DNA of 38,887 nucleotides. Origin: Nephila pilipes. Its lineage: Eukaryota. How positions within the stretch are numbered: position 1 is the first letter of the stretch; every line of letters begins with the position of its first letter. Below, in pieces: positions 22,001 through 34,792 of the stretch. Position numbers and translations under genes: made by a program. The notes beneath the pieces were generated by a model. It had not been told where the DNA came from and made no database searches. It worked only from the letters and a program-made list of their open reading frames with translations. The stretch covers positions 268,342-307,228 of the forward strand of contig BMAW01101096.1 of NCBI GenBank assembly GCA_019974015.1, written 5' to 3'.

Positions 22001-24049
22001 TTCAACAGCCGCTAGAGTACTCAATGCTCGAGATATGGACAATGAATCCCAGAAAAGCTTTGACGATGATTATGCACAACTTACTGCATCCAATTACAGA
22101 AAAGGCACTTCATATCTCCCGTCACTCCTTCTCGTTCTGGCTGTAAGTATGGCGTTGTTGTAGAAGAGAGTGGCTGCAAACTCCCCCTCTAGTATCACCG
22201 TGATGATACGAAGAGAAACATTAGTATTTGTAGAGAAGGTTGCTTTTTTAGCCATTTACTGCAATTGATATACATCTCCTCCCTGATGAATTGAGTTTTA
22301 CTTGGAACAGTTTTTCCATTTGAATCATTAGCTGTCTCGAGTTACATGGCGCGCCTCGTCGACACGTGCGCCAAACCCAGGATATCACCAATCGTGATTT
22401 ATGTGTGGTTGTCTTCGTTAGACATACAGAGGCAAGTATTTTGCGTCGAGGGCATATGCTGTCAGTAGTTTTAGGCTGTGCTGTCATCTAGTGTTCAAGT
22501 CCTGAGTTGCCACTTCAGCGTACGTGGTTTTTCGACCCTGTGGAGAGGGAGAGAGTACTTAGTGACCTGGCCTTGGTGGGCCGACGTTGTTTCGAACCCT
22601 GTTCCAGGAGGCCCGAAGAAAAGTTGACCGGTTGCTTTTTGCTGTGCCTTTACCAACCAGGCTAAAAAGGACGTCTCTCTTTGGCTAGTTAGAAGGCGTT
22701 TTAACTTCTTGCGTTGTTGTAGAAAAGAGTCGCTGCAACTCCATTGGTGCGCTGAATGAAAAGTGCCGAGAAGGTTAACGGACACATCAGCCCAGAAAGC
22801 AAGAACTCGAGAAAAATTGAGGGACAAGCTGGATAATGAGTTCACAGCTATTCAGAAAACAAGACTTTTTACAAATATATTGTTTTTCTCAAAATAATTC
22901 TTAAGGTATTCCTACATATATTTCACATTACTTGTTTTAAAGTTAAAATATGTCTACCAATTTACATGCTTAATATCCTACTTCTTTAATCCAAACTACT
23001 TTTTTTTTATAAATACAAATTTAAAGTAATTTTAAGTTTCATTTTTAACAATTATTTTTAAATTTTGTCCGTAGGATGATTCTAGTATGAATTTTTTTTA
23101 AAAAAAAAATAGCAGTACAACCAAAGTTTGCATATTGATGATTGTGTATATACAAATCTATTAAATTATTATAGCTAATAAATAACTTAATATTTATAAT
23201 ATAATTATTAATTACATCATAAATATACAAATTTTTGTAGTTAAATCGTAAATACGTGATATTCTAGTTTCACTCATTTTAAGCGACGTTCCATCATAGT
23301 TATAAAAAGGGCCACTTATGACGGAAATCAACAGAAGCAAATTTCTGAACTAATTTAAGCACTTAAAATTTACAGATTCACTCATTTCTGAAAGCTTATA
23401 TTGAGCCTAATATCTCATCGAAAAAAGGAACAAGCACATATTTATTTATATATTCATGCAGTAAAATTAATATATAAGTGAATATTCATCTGAATACATG
23501 CTGATCAATAAAGTTATTTCTACATCAATCAGCCAATTTTCCGTTCTCAAATAACCGGGTCGATATTTTTTTAACGATACAATAACACAATTTGGTTATT
23601 TTATTATTCCCCTGAATCAGCACGCTTTTCAAAATTATTAATTTACAAATGTAGCTGCTAACTTCTATAGTTATCTGATACACAATGAATTCTGGTGATT
23701 AACAGATGCTTCTTTATTTCACACATATATTGCTAATAATTAAATATCCAAACTTCTCAGAATTAACCTTTGAAGTCAATCTTGATTTGTAAAAATTTCG
23801 CAAACCGACTTATGAAGTACTTTAACATATTCGCTCTTATTCATAATTGCTTTTCTTACCCTTAAAGAATGAACATTTCGGCTGAAAAGTAACCAATAAA
23901 CTATAACATGCTGCCAGAACGTAAAATCAAGTTATCGAGCTTATCGAGAATAAAACGCATTCATAAAACTAAAATACTATCAATACGTATTAAGTACTTG
24001 AAAAATCCATAAATATTCTAAAAATTACAAAAATGCAGATATTTCCTTT

Positions 24050-24051
<2 letters not shown>

Positions 24052-24083
<32 letters not shown>
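24052..24083. repeat. T32 homopolymer
   Basis: Direct reading. Confidence 0.95.
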
Positions 24084-24088
<5 letters not shown>

Positions 24089-27000
24089 CCATGATAGATA
24101 ACAAATGAACCATGAGAGAGAAAGAAAAAAAAAGGGGGGAAGAACTTATAAGTATTCCCTTCGTCTTTACAAGCGAGAAAGGGAAGCACCACAGTTTTAA
24201 AGGCTTAAATAAAAGCTAACGTAAGCATGAATGAATAACACCTGCATGATATCTCAGGTAAATCCATTAAGAAAGCTACGTTTCATGCAGAAAGGAAACT
24301 ACAAAATGGTGTGAAGGACTCGTGTTTAATAATCTGTACTACTCATAAGTTCAACTACATTAATTCAAGTAGAAATACATAGGATTTGTAAGTAAACACA
24401 AACTGAAATTAAAAGAAGTAAGTGATATTCTTTCATATTATAATTTTAAAGCTACGAAAAAAATTTTGAACTATATTTTGGTATGACAGATATTGAAGTT
24501 TTGCATAATATATGTAATTATTAAAGCAATGTCTATAAAAACAATATTCATTAAGTGTTATTAATATGCCAAAATTGAAAAAGTGTAAATTATACTGTTT
24601 TTAATACACCAAAATTAATTTTATATGAGAAGTATAAAGAAAATATATATAAAAATTAAATATGCTGATATTTGTTTTATTCTCGTGAAATTTTTTTTAT
24701 TATTTAATGATCTTAAAATGTTGTTAAAATTTTATTCTCACAAAGTATTTCATACAAGCAGCATGTATGTTTGGATGTAGCATGTTTCTCCTTTCGATAA
24801 AGTTTATTAGAATGCAAGAACGGAACAATCTTAAACAGAAAATATAGAAAAATACATCAGAATCTTTGTTAATTATTTGAGTCATTTAATCAAAAATGTT
24901 CCATTTCTATTTATTCAAAAGAGCTTCTGGAAAGTTCTTCCATTACTAAGATACTTGAAAATTTACTGAGAAATTTCAAACAGATTCTACATGTCTGAAC
25001 ATAATTTTGAAAAAACGTCTAGTTTGAATTAAACTTATGACACATTTATTTACTTAAAGATGGTACATTTTTTAGAAGAATTAAGAGAACTCAGTTTTAA
25101 ATAGGTGCCATCGGATAAACGGCAATATATTATTCAGGTTCTAATGTTAAATATTAAAAATCTTGCATACAACTTTTTTGAATGTTTGTTTGCTATAAAA
25201 ATCCACACCGTTTCACACATTTCGAAATTATAAGCATGTACACCCTTACGGAAACGTGTGATATTATGTTTGAAGCTTAAATTCGTTATATTTGAATAGT
25301 ATTTACCAAACAAAATAATGAAATGCAAAGAACATAACGCAGGGTATCCCAACGGTTTCACAACAACCAATATCTGTAGACTGTGATAGAAATCATGAAG
25401 ACAAGTCTTTTGTTATGTCACATGAGAGATAGGGATTTCTAATTATATAATCATAGTCTAATTACGTTTGAAAAAGTTAGTTATTAATACTTACACACAT
25501 TATATATTTGTTACATTATAAATACTCATAAACTCAGACAATTTAGCCGAGAAGTTATGTTTAATTTTAAAAAATTCGAACGTGGTCAGAAATAATTTCA
25601 TTAATGACACTAAAATCTCAGGATTAAGAAACAAAGCTCGCAATAAAAAAATGCATATATTTTATCATGTGCATATTGCATCGTGTACACAAATACATAG
25701 AGCGTATTTATACACCCATACATACGATGCATTTATTATTAATAAATTTTTACTAGTTTTACTAACTATTTCTATACATCTTCAAAGCTGTTAAGCCAAG
25801 ACAATAACATTTATCAGTAAAAATTCAGAATGAAATTGTCAGCCTTATGTCATTGATTTTCCCAGTGCAGTGCAAACATTTATGAACAGAACGGTTATTA
25901 CATTAGCAACATTCTTTTTTTTTTAATTTGTCCCCTCAACTCTTTGTATAGCTTATTAAAACTTTATCAATGTACTTGAAACTACTCAAAATCCGTTTAA
26001 AAATGCATTAACCTTTAGAAATAAAAAAGAAGTTTTCATTATTACTTTAACATTTCGTACTTTGCATTTAAAAAATCTTTTTTCTTGTCATAAAATTTGT
26101 AAAATAACTTTATTTTTCTATCGCAGTAGTATTATACGAGTAGAATAATCTTTAATAATTTTATTAAAAAAGTAATATGTCGAAATAAAAAAAAATGTAC
26201 ATAAAATTTTCTCCAGAGCTGAATTACCCACAAATAATTTTATTATATTTTAGTCTAATCAAATAATTTTTAATACGTTAATCATTAAACGTTCTGTATC
26301 TTGTTTCAAATGAACAAATAATTCTTTTGTCAATTTCAAGTGTCTTCCATACAATTAAGTCTCAATAACAAATGGCATTTCTCAAAAGGGTCCCTGAAAA
26401 TATTAACGGAAGTGAGACTTATCTACAATCTTGAACTCAGTAATATTCAAGACAAATAAACTCATTGATTTTTTTTCCGAGTTTCACTCTTATATAAGTC
26501 TGTAACTAAATAAGTCTGCAATACTCAGCAAAGATCCAAAGGACTTTCAATTTTATGGCATCTCTAGTACTTTATACACAAATAATGTTAAATAATATAG
26601 AGCAAAAATTACAGGTGTTTAATTAAATTTCTGTAAGCTCCCCGAACTGTTGCTTACAAAGTCAATTAGAATAACAAAATTCTTGCTAGATACAAGATAC
26701 TTCTAAGCAGTTGGATGTGAAGACCTTCCTTTCTGCATCTGCATTCGTGGTCTGAATTGTTATAATTGGCTGCTGGAAAATGACGGTTTCCTTACAATAA
26801 ATATATTTTCGTGTTTTTTCGTGGTCTGAAAATAACCAGTCTGATGTTATAATCTACTATAAGTCATTATCAAAGATTCTGCTATTCTCATTACCTAGGA
26901 CAATACATTAAGAGTTTGTACTTAAACAGTGTCCTGATTATTTTCATAAAGTATATCTCTAACGATGTGGTGGCCCTAAAATGCATAGATCCTGTAGGCT

Positions 27001-27316
27001 GGTGACCAATATTATATCGCATTATTAATTAATTATTGTTATCGTTAATAAATTTGAAATTACAATTAGAATATTAGAAATTAAAAAAAAGATTTGAAAA
27101 CGGTTATTTTATTTTTATTTAATTTCAAAGGTTATTTTTCATTCTATGAAAAAAATTCTACATAAAATCTTATCAAATGCATGGTATATTTAAATGAAGT
27201 TTTTCTCTTTTGTTACAAAATTTTAAATACAATTCTTATTTCTTTTTAAATGCTACATATTTCAATTTAGTTGGTATTTGTTTGTATTTACTATATATGC
27301 ATACTTCTGTTTACAG

Positions 27317-29911
27317 ATGAAGTTTTTCGACAAAATTTGTCTACTGCTTTTTCTCACAAATGTGGATTCTCGACTTAAAGAGCAACACAGACCATGCTCA
27401 TTCAACCCATTATGCACATGTTCAAATGGAGGACCAGACCTAGGATCTGTATGTTGTCACAACATACCTTTTATGACAGTTCCCTCCCAAATCAACAATT
27501 CTGCAATTTACATAATGAGTCTTAAAGAAAACAAATTACGCTTTCTTGAAGATAATAGTTTAAATGGAACTGGGCTATGGAAACTTCAAATTAACAACAA
27601 TCTTTTAACAGATTTACCCTCTAATGCTTTAGCTGGACTGGAGAAAACATTATCAATTCTAGATTTAAGTAAAAATAATTTAGTAAGGATACCTAGAGAA
27701 GCAATACAGAATTTAGAAAAACTCAGTAATTTAAATTTAGCTGGCAACAAAATTACCTACTTAAACAGTGACGATTTTCGTAATCTAGGTAAGACATTAA
27801 AACTTTTAGATTTGTCAGAAAATGCTCTAATGCAAGTTCAAAATGATGTATTTCGAAATATGATATCATTAGAAGTTTTAAACCTTGCGTATAATTCCAT
27901 AATTTCCATAGATGACATTACATTTCACGGAGGGTTAAATAACTTAAAACATATAATTTTAACAGGAAATCAGCTGCAGCAGATTCCATTAAATGCACTA
28001 GCTAATTTTAGAAACATTAAAATCGTGAACTTGAATGAAAATTTGATATCCAGTATATCTGAGGGAAGAGAAATAAGAAATCGCATCTATCTCGATGAAT
28101 TACATCTCGAACATAATCTTATTAAAGAGCTAACAGCAGAAAGTTTTAGACTTTTCAGTCAAGTAGATCGCATTTTTCTAAAAGGAAATCCACTCTCTAT
28201 AGTTAACGACACTTTTCTGACTACTAATACAACCGAAATTTACATGCCTTACTGTTCAATATCAGTTATAACACATACTGCATTCCTCAGTTCAACACAT
28301 TCACTACAAGTTCTTGATTTAAGTCACAATGAGTTAAAAGAATTTCCAGTCTTACCACTGACCAGATTGACAAAACTCTCGTTAGCTGGAAATTTGATTA
28401 AAGAAGTTGTTCCTGAAGATATAAAATACTGTGGAAATTCTTTAAAGTACTTAGATATCACAGGAACAAAAATGAGTGGTTTGTCTGAAGAGAGTATGAA
28501 TTATTTACCAAACGTAAGAGAACTTTCTTTCAACAAACAATACCCTGTCGTTGGTGCGGAATCTTTACAAAATATTAGTCCCTCAATGGAGAAACTTAAC
28601 ATGGTCCAATGCTCCATAAAAGTCATTGAAAATGGAGCATTTAATAGATTAAGTGGCTTAAAATCATTGGACTTATCTTACAATACAATATCGAAAATTG
28701 GAAATACTACTTTTAAAGATATAAAGCACTCATTAGAAAAACTTATTTTGCACAGTGCTCTAAGAATATCGATATTCCCTTATAAAGCATTGAATTCACT
28801 TTCAAAGTTAGAATATTTAGATGTAAGCAGTAATGACATCCAATATCTACCATATAACTCTTTTGTTTCATTTCAGAATTTAAGGCATTTAAATTTAAAT
28901 CACAACGAATTAAAAGATTTAGATTCAAATTTTGTAAACGATATACATAACCCAAACCTTGCAGAAATAAAAGTGGCATTTAACAAAATAACCTCTTTGA
29001 AGTCATATACTTTTCGAAATTTGAGAAGTTTGATTTATTTGCAACTAAACGATAATCTCATTGAATTCATCAGAAAATCTGCATTTCTCGATTTGGATTC
29101 GATAATGATAATTCGGTTAGAGGGCAATTCAATACAAACTATAGACAGTGAAGCCTTTCAAAATTTACCAAATATCCAAGTAATTAATCTTGCGTACAAT
29201 AAGTTATCCTCTTTTAATCTAGAAGCCTTTAATCAAGTCGGACGACTATCAACTTTAAGAATTGATGTCAATCACAACAATATCCAGAATTTAACAGGAG
29301 ACTATACGGTAACACATACGTCAAGTAATATTAAGCACCTTAATTTCAGTCATAATAACATATCGTATTTGGATAGCAATTATTTAGACCCAATAAGATT
29401 ATCAGTTACTATCTTAGACTTGAGTTACAACAGACTTGTGAATTTAACAACTCTTGCTTTTACAAATATGGCTCATCTGCAAACACTGATCCTCTCAAAT
29501 AATATAATTAGTAAAATAGATGAAGATGAATTTAAAGGTTTAAGATCCATACAAGTGTTAGATTTATCAATGAATAATCTAAATACTCTCCCAGAAAATT
29601 TATTTGAAAAACAAAAACAACTGAGGATATTTTTATTACATCATAATGAAATCGACGAATTACCAGAAGACATTTTTAAGGCAACTATTCTGGAACAGAT
29701 AGATTTGTCCTTTAACAACATTGAAGAATTCCCTTATTATTCTATATCTCAAATCAAAAACACTTTGCAATTTTTGAACTTAGCTGGAAATCAAATAGAA
29801 GCTCTTAATTTCAGTAGTATAATGTCTCTGCAAAATCTAAGGTACTTGAGTCTTTCACGAAATCGACTGTTTATACCCAGTTCTGAAGAAGATTTACAAC
29901 TGCCAAAATTA
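27317..29911 (+). CDS. chp: Chaoptin-like LRR cell-adhesion protein, coding exon 1 (signal peptide, N-terminal cysteine cap and about 30 LRRs)
   Basis: An 865-codon open frame starts MKFFDKICLLLFLTNVDS, which is signal-peptide-like, followed by PCSFNPLCTCSNGGPDLGSVCCHNIPF. It then runs through continuous 24-residue LxxLxLxxNxL repeats. Internal blocks such as YMPYCSISVITHTAF, INLAYNKLSSFNLEAFNQVGRLSTLRIDVNHNNIQNL and NIKHLNFSHNNISYL match what I recall of Drosophila chaoptin. The start codon is directly preceded by an acceptor-like tttacag. The donor is AAATTA|GTAAGT (gt at 29912-29913). Confidence 0.8.
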
Positions 29912-30829
29912 GTAAGTATTACATTATTAATTATATTCAGAAAAAATAAATGTTTGTGTTTTCAATATTTAAACGCTTTATTAAATATAATTGTAAGTAT
30001 TTAAATGATTTTAAAAAATATTTACAACCAAACTGGTAAAAAGTAAATAATAATAATTTTATCAACCTCAAAATTTCTTCTATTCATGTTTAAGCAAAAT
30101 GAAATTTCTTTATTATATAAGTCGAATTGAGAAATACTTAATTAACAAATTAACAAAATAAAACATATATAAATAAAAAAAAAAAATTATGGCTGAATTC
30201 TATAACATTGCTATTTTTCATCAAAGTAAAAATAAAATGTAATAAACAACTATGAGCTTTTGAAAATGGGAAAAAATATATATATTTGAAAAATTTAAGG
30301 GGAAAAAATGAAAAAATATTGAAATTTGTGTGACGGCATTTCAAAATATTTTAATCATAAGCTGGAGATAAAAAGTTATTAGAACACAACATTTAAATAA
30401 AAAACTCAAAATTCATATTTTTTTGTAATGTTTTAAAGATATTTTAAATGATACTAAAAATATTAACTTATACAAATAGATTTTATTTGACACATTATTA
30501 GACCATTTTCGTAACAGTGAAATTTAAAGGTCACCAATGAGCTTATATATGTATATCCAATTCATTATATTCAATACTTTGTCTACATATGGAAAAAGAT
30601 GATGATATTAATGGGATAAATTCTACGATGATGAAAAAAATAACATTTATCTAATGCATTTTAAAAGAAATTGTTTATCATACTTTAATACAAATAAGAC
30701 TTCTAAGAAAAATTAACTATAATACATATATTTATATTGTTTTCAGTATTTTATACAAATCACAGTTTTATAGGAATATTAAAAAATTCATAATTTTTAA
30801 ATGAATTATCGTTTTTGTCTTTTTTCTAG

Positions 30830-31621
30830 ATAACACTGGATCTATCTCATAATACGATAAAAGAGCTTCCGGCATGGATAGCTAACCATTTACCCCCCAG
30901 TCTCGAACAACTCAATTTGGCAAATACAAGTTTAGAAACTGTTCCAGCTCTAGGTTCCTGCAATATTTTAATTTTGAATCTAAGTTCCAATAGCATACAA
31001 ACAGTGGAACAAGAAGAATTTGAACAACTTAAGAAACTACAAACTATAGATTTATCTAATAACTTGCTGCTAACTACTTATAATAATGTATGGTCAAACC
31101 TTCAACATCTGAAAACACTTTATTTGCAAAAGAATCCAATACAAAAATTATTAAATAATAGTTTTATGAACATGGAAAGGCTACAAGAATTATTTATGAA
31201 AAAATTAAAATTGCAAGAAATTGACCAAGATGTTTTTCATGAATTAACAGCACTAAAAAAGGTAGAAATGGATACTTTTCCCAATAAGAATATGGATTTA
31301 TCTCAAATACTTCGAAATAATCAAGGAATTCAAGAGATTCGTCTGCATGTGCAGGACAATGGATTAGATGGAATATTCAATGGGGAACTTCCTAAATCAT
31401 TAAAATTCATTGTATTGGAAGGAGAAAATTTAAAACATTTAGATGAATCAATATTTTCCTACATCCAAAGTCAAACTCTCAAGCTGAATATTCAGAATTC
31501 AAATATAACCAAACTCTCACAGAAAGTTTTTCAAAACATGAAAGAAGTAAGGAATTTCACAGTGGAATTTATAAACAACAAATTACAGACACTTGAAAAA
31601 TTATATGCAGTCGGAAAAGAG
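30830..31621 (+). CDS. chp: Chaoptin-like gene, coding exon 2 (LRRs)
   Basis: The acceptor is ttttgtcttttttctag (ag at 30828-30829). Translation starts ITLDLSHNTIKELPAWIANHLPPSLEQLNLANTSLETVP... in phase 0, contiguous with exon 1 (...LQLPKL|ITLDLSHN). The donor is GGAAAAGAG|GTAATA (gt at 31622-31623). Confidence 0.75.
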
Positions 31622-32817
31622 GTAATATTAAGTAACAATTTTCATAAAATGAGTAGTTTTTTATACATCCATGAAAAATAACTATAAAAATAGTTCATTT
31701 AACTGTATAAAAAAAAATTGAAAGAACGTCTGATTAATGTAATGTTTGATGAAGATAAATTTTGGCCTATGATTTCAATTACATTTATGGAGGGTAAAAC
31801 TTAATTATGCAGCATTTTATTTAATGGCATTTTAAAAAGACTACAGCAGCGATATTTATTTACATTCAATAACAAGTTAAGTTTCATTTAATCAGTAAAA
31901 AAACAAGTTAATATAAATTCCTTAAATATCAATTTTAAAATTAATGTTAAAATTAAACACCACTGTGTTAAATGTTTAGACGTTTTAAAGCCTAGTGAAT
32001 ATAAAAGAAATATATATTAACAGAATTGCTTTCAAAATTAAACCTTTTCTTTCAGTTTTAATTATTTCATAATGGCATCGGCATAAGCTTATCATTCAAT
32101 GCTAATGTGATATAAATCAAACAGAACAATCAAAAAGGAAAATGTTACTTCTAAAACATTAATTAAATATCAAAATATGATTTTTTTTTATTTTACTTTA
32201 TCAACAACATACATTTCAGACATTAAATTTTTTCCTACTAACTAATCATTTGACGTTCTTTATTCACTAAGCCACCTCTTTAATTATATGTAAACTATCT
32301 ATTTCTTTCCCATTTAATATATATTTCTAAATGTAATATAACTACATAATGAGAGATTTAAGCACTTTAGTTTTGCAAATGCAAATCCAAAATACAGCGT
32401 ATTTGATTTTAAATATTTAATATTTGAAGTTTTTTTCTAGAGTTATCGAAAAAAATTATTTTAATATTTCTTTCTTTTTCATTTTCTCCCTAATTAAGAT
32501 GCAAATCTCTTCTAAATTGATATTTAAAGATATTCTCTCATGAATGTTTAACTTTTAATTAAAGTGCTAATCGAGTGAAAATTTTGTGATTAGCATCCGT
32601 ATCACACAATACTAAGATGGGTTGTATTCGCGACAGGTGATAATGTCAATGTTATAATAGTTATAAGATAAAATTAAAATGTTGTAAGCAAAATACAGAA
32701 TACGGTTTAATCACTCGAAAAATTAAGCACACATATGTAATTAAATTACGTGACAACACATCGTAGATTTTTAAGCAATATAACCTTTTCTTGAAATATA
32801 TTTTTTTCCTATTACAG

Positions 32818-33141
32818 GTATCCGGAAAATACCTGAAACATTTAAAATTGTCAGGAAATCAATTGGATTGTGATTGTGAACTTTTCTGGATATGGGAATG
32901 GTTGAAAGAATATGAATACGTGAACAAATGTGAGGAAAGGATATGTGAAGAGACTTATTTACATGATTTACGAGAAACCAAATGCGTCAATATGAATAAC
33001 AGATCAATCATAAATGTATTTAAAACAGATTTACAATGTGTTTCAAATGGAACTCCAGCAGAAAACCCAAAAAGTATATTACTTCACTTCTTCATAAGCA
33101 TCGTTTTCATGCTATTTTACATAAAAGTGGTTATAATCTAA
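32818..33141 (+). CDS. chp: Chaoptin-like gene, terminal coding exon (last LRR, LRRCT cysteine cap and a hydrophobic GPI-signal-like tail, plus stop)
   Basis: The acceptor is tttttttcctattacag. Translation is VSGKYLKHLKLSGNQLDCDCELFWIWEWLKEYEYVNKCEERICEETYLHDLRETKCVNMNN...ILLHFFISIVFMLFYIKVVII*. The CDC...C...C cap plus 'DLRETKC' matches the chaoptin C-terminus. The tail is hydrophobic with no cytoplasmic domain, consistent with a GPI anchor. Confidence 0.75.
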   Translation, partial: VSGKYLKHLKLSGNQLDCDCELFWIWEWLKEYEYVNKCEERICEETYLHDLRETKCVNMNNRSIINVFKTDLQCVSNGTPAENPKSILLHFFISIVFMLFYIKVVII

Positions 33142-33647
33142 AAATAATACTAAAATCAAAAATGTTTCTTATGAATTAGATCATTAATACTTAGATAATG
33201 AATACATGTAAAAGTTTCATTATTTTACATATTTCCAAACTACGCTTAAATTACACAAAAATATATTTAAATATGTTGAAAATATATCTAAAATATTAAC
33301 ATATTAACATACACATTAAATATTAATAACTTTAAATATTTGTCTGTGTTACGATTTTACATGTTTTCCGTACAATACTGAGAAGACGTGTATTTAGCTT
33401 TCTTGAGTTATGACACTTAATATGTAAATCTAGTTAAGTATGTATAAAAATAAAATCTTTCGATTATAGAAGTGAATTCTTATGTCTCACATACTTCAAT
33501 TTTTCATCCATCATTTACTAATACAAATACTAATTTAAGAACATTATAATTAAAAATGAACAGACTTTCTTACAATTTAACTAAATTAACTGTTTTAAAA
33601 AAAAAATGTCTTTTCGTTACATTTGCAATCTATATCATTTACTAATG

Positions 33648-33668
33648 TTTTTTTTTTTTTTTTTTTTT
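33648..33668. repeat. T21 homopolymer
   Basis: Direct reading. Confidence 0.95.
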
Positions 33669-34155
33669 AAAAAATTTGACAGTGAATTTCTTTAACAGTA
33701 AATAAGGATTCAATGAAACCTACTTCTAATAAATAATCAATCAATCAATGACACACACTCAAAAAAAATGTTTTCAGGATCAATTAAAAAGGCTGAAATG
33801 AGTACATAAAAACAGTTTGTATGCACTATGTAATAAATAATTTCAGAAAATTTATGATTGCCAAAATCAATGAAAATTAAACTCTAGATATTATATTTAA
33901 GTCACAAAATAACAAACGAAATTCAACAAGGAAATTTAAAATTTAACTGTGTAACAAACATTAATGTTGATTTTTTTAAGTCAAATCTTCATGAAAGTAC
34001 AAAAATTTAATAAACAAATAATGAACATATTCTTGAAAAATGAATTTTATTTGATGGCATAGACAATAAGAAATATTCATACTTCACATAATAGTACAAT
34101 GGTCCCACAAACCATTCGTAGTTTTAATGACCGGATATTATAAATACACTGATTG

Positions 34156-34792
34156 TGCAAAAATTAAGGACGAGATAGTTTTTTCATTATAACGTTGCCC
34201 AAAAGCTTTCCAAATCAACTCACATAATACCATAAGATCCCCAAGACGTAAGAAAAAGTGTAATGTAGGCAAAACTTACTAAAAAAGAAATCAAAAGGAT
34301 AAAAAGGAACTTTATTAAAAAAGTAGCATGGAGCACAAAGCGACTGAAGGCCAAAACATCTATGTGACAGGTGTCCAGCCAGAAACATCCAGCCTTTAGT
34401 AGAGAATATGATTTTCCCTGACTTCTATGCAGGTTTCATATCGTCTGGCTATGCTGAGTATTATGAGGTTGTCAATGAGTTGCTAAGGCATTGCAGCCCA
34501 TTCGTCTTGTACCGCCAATCGGAGCTCTGGAATTTTTACAGGCGGTACGTTACGTGCTGCCAAGCATCTCCCTAGGAAATCTCATACATGCTCGATGGAA
34601 TTTAGATACAGGAGACCTTGCCACCAATCCATGCGTTCAATATCCTCAATGTCCAACAGCTCTTCGAAGGCTACTGTGCGATGAGCTGGCACATTGTCGT
34701 CCATGTGAAGGAACTTCGGAACTTAAAGCGTCTCTAAAAAGACACGCATAGGGAAGGAGAATCTCGTTATGCCCTTAATTTTTGCACACCAT
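34156..34792 (-). mobile_element. Tc1-like transposon copy 2 (same family as 13866-15303). It is internally deleted and non-autonomous, about 0.64 kb, with both TIRs present.
   Basis: TGTGCAAAAATTAAGG at 34157-34172 is the inverse of CCTTAATTTTTGCACACC at 34775-34792. Region 34209-34763 aligns at about 90 % identity with 13895-14427 of copy 1, for example the shared AAATCAAAAGGATAAAAAGGAACTTTATT and ATGGAGCACAAAGCGACTGAAGGCC. It then jumps directly to the terminal CCTTAATTTTTGCACACC, which implies an internal deletion of about 855 bp relative to copy 1. Confidence 0.7.

Noticed and set aside
28743-28979. 78-aa minus-strand ORF inside the chaoptin exon
   Set aside because: It is antisense to a well-supported LRR coding exon. 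Such shadow ORFs are expected in AT-rich coding sequence.
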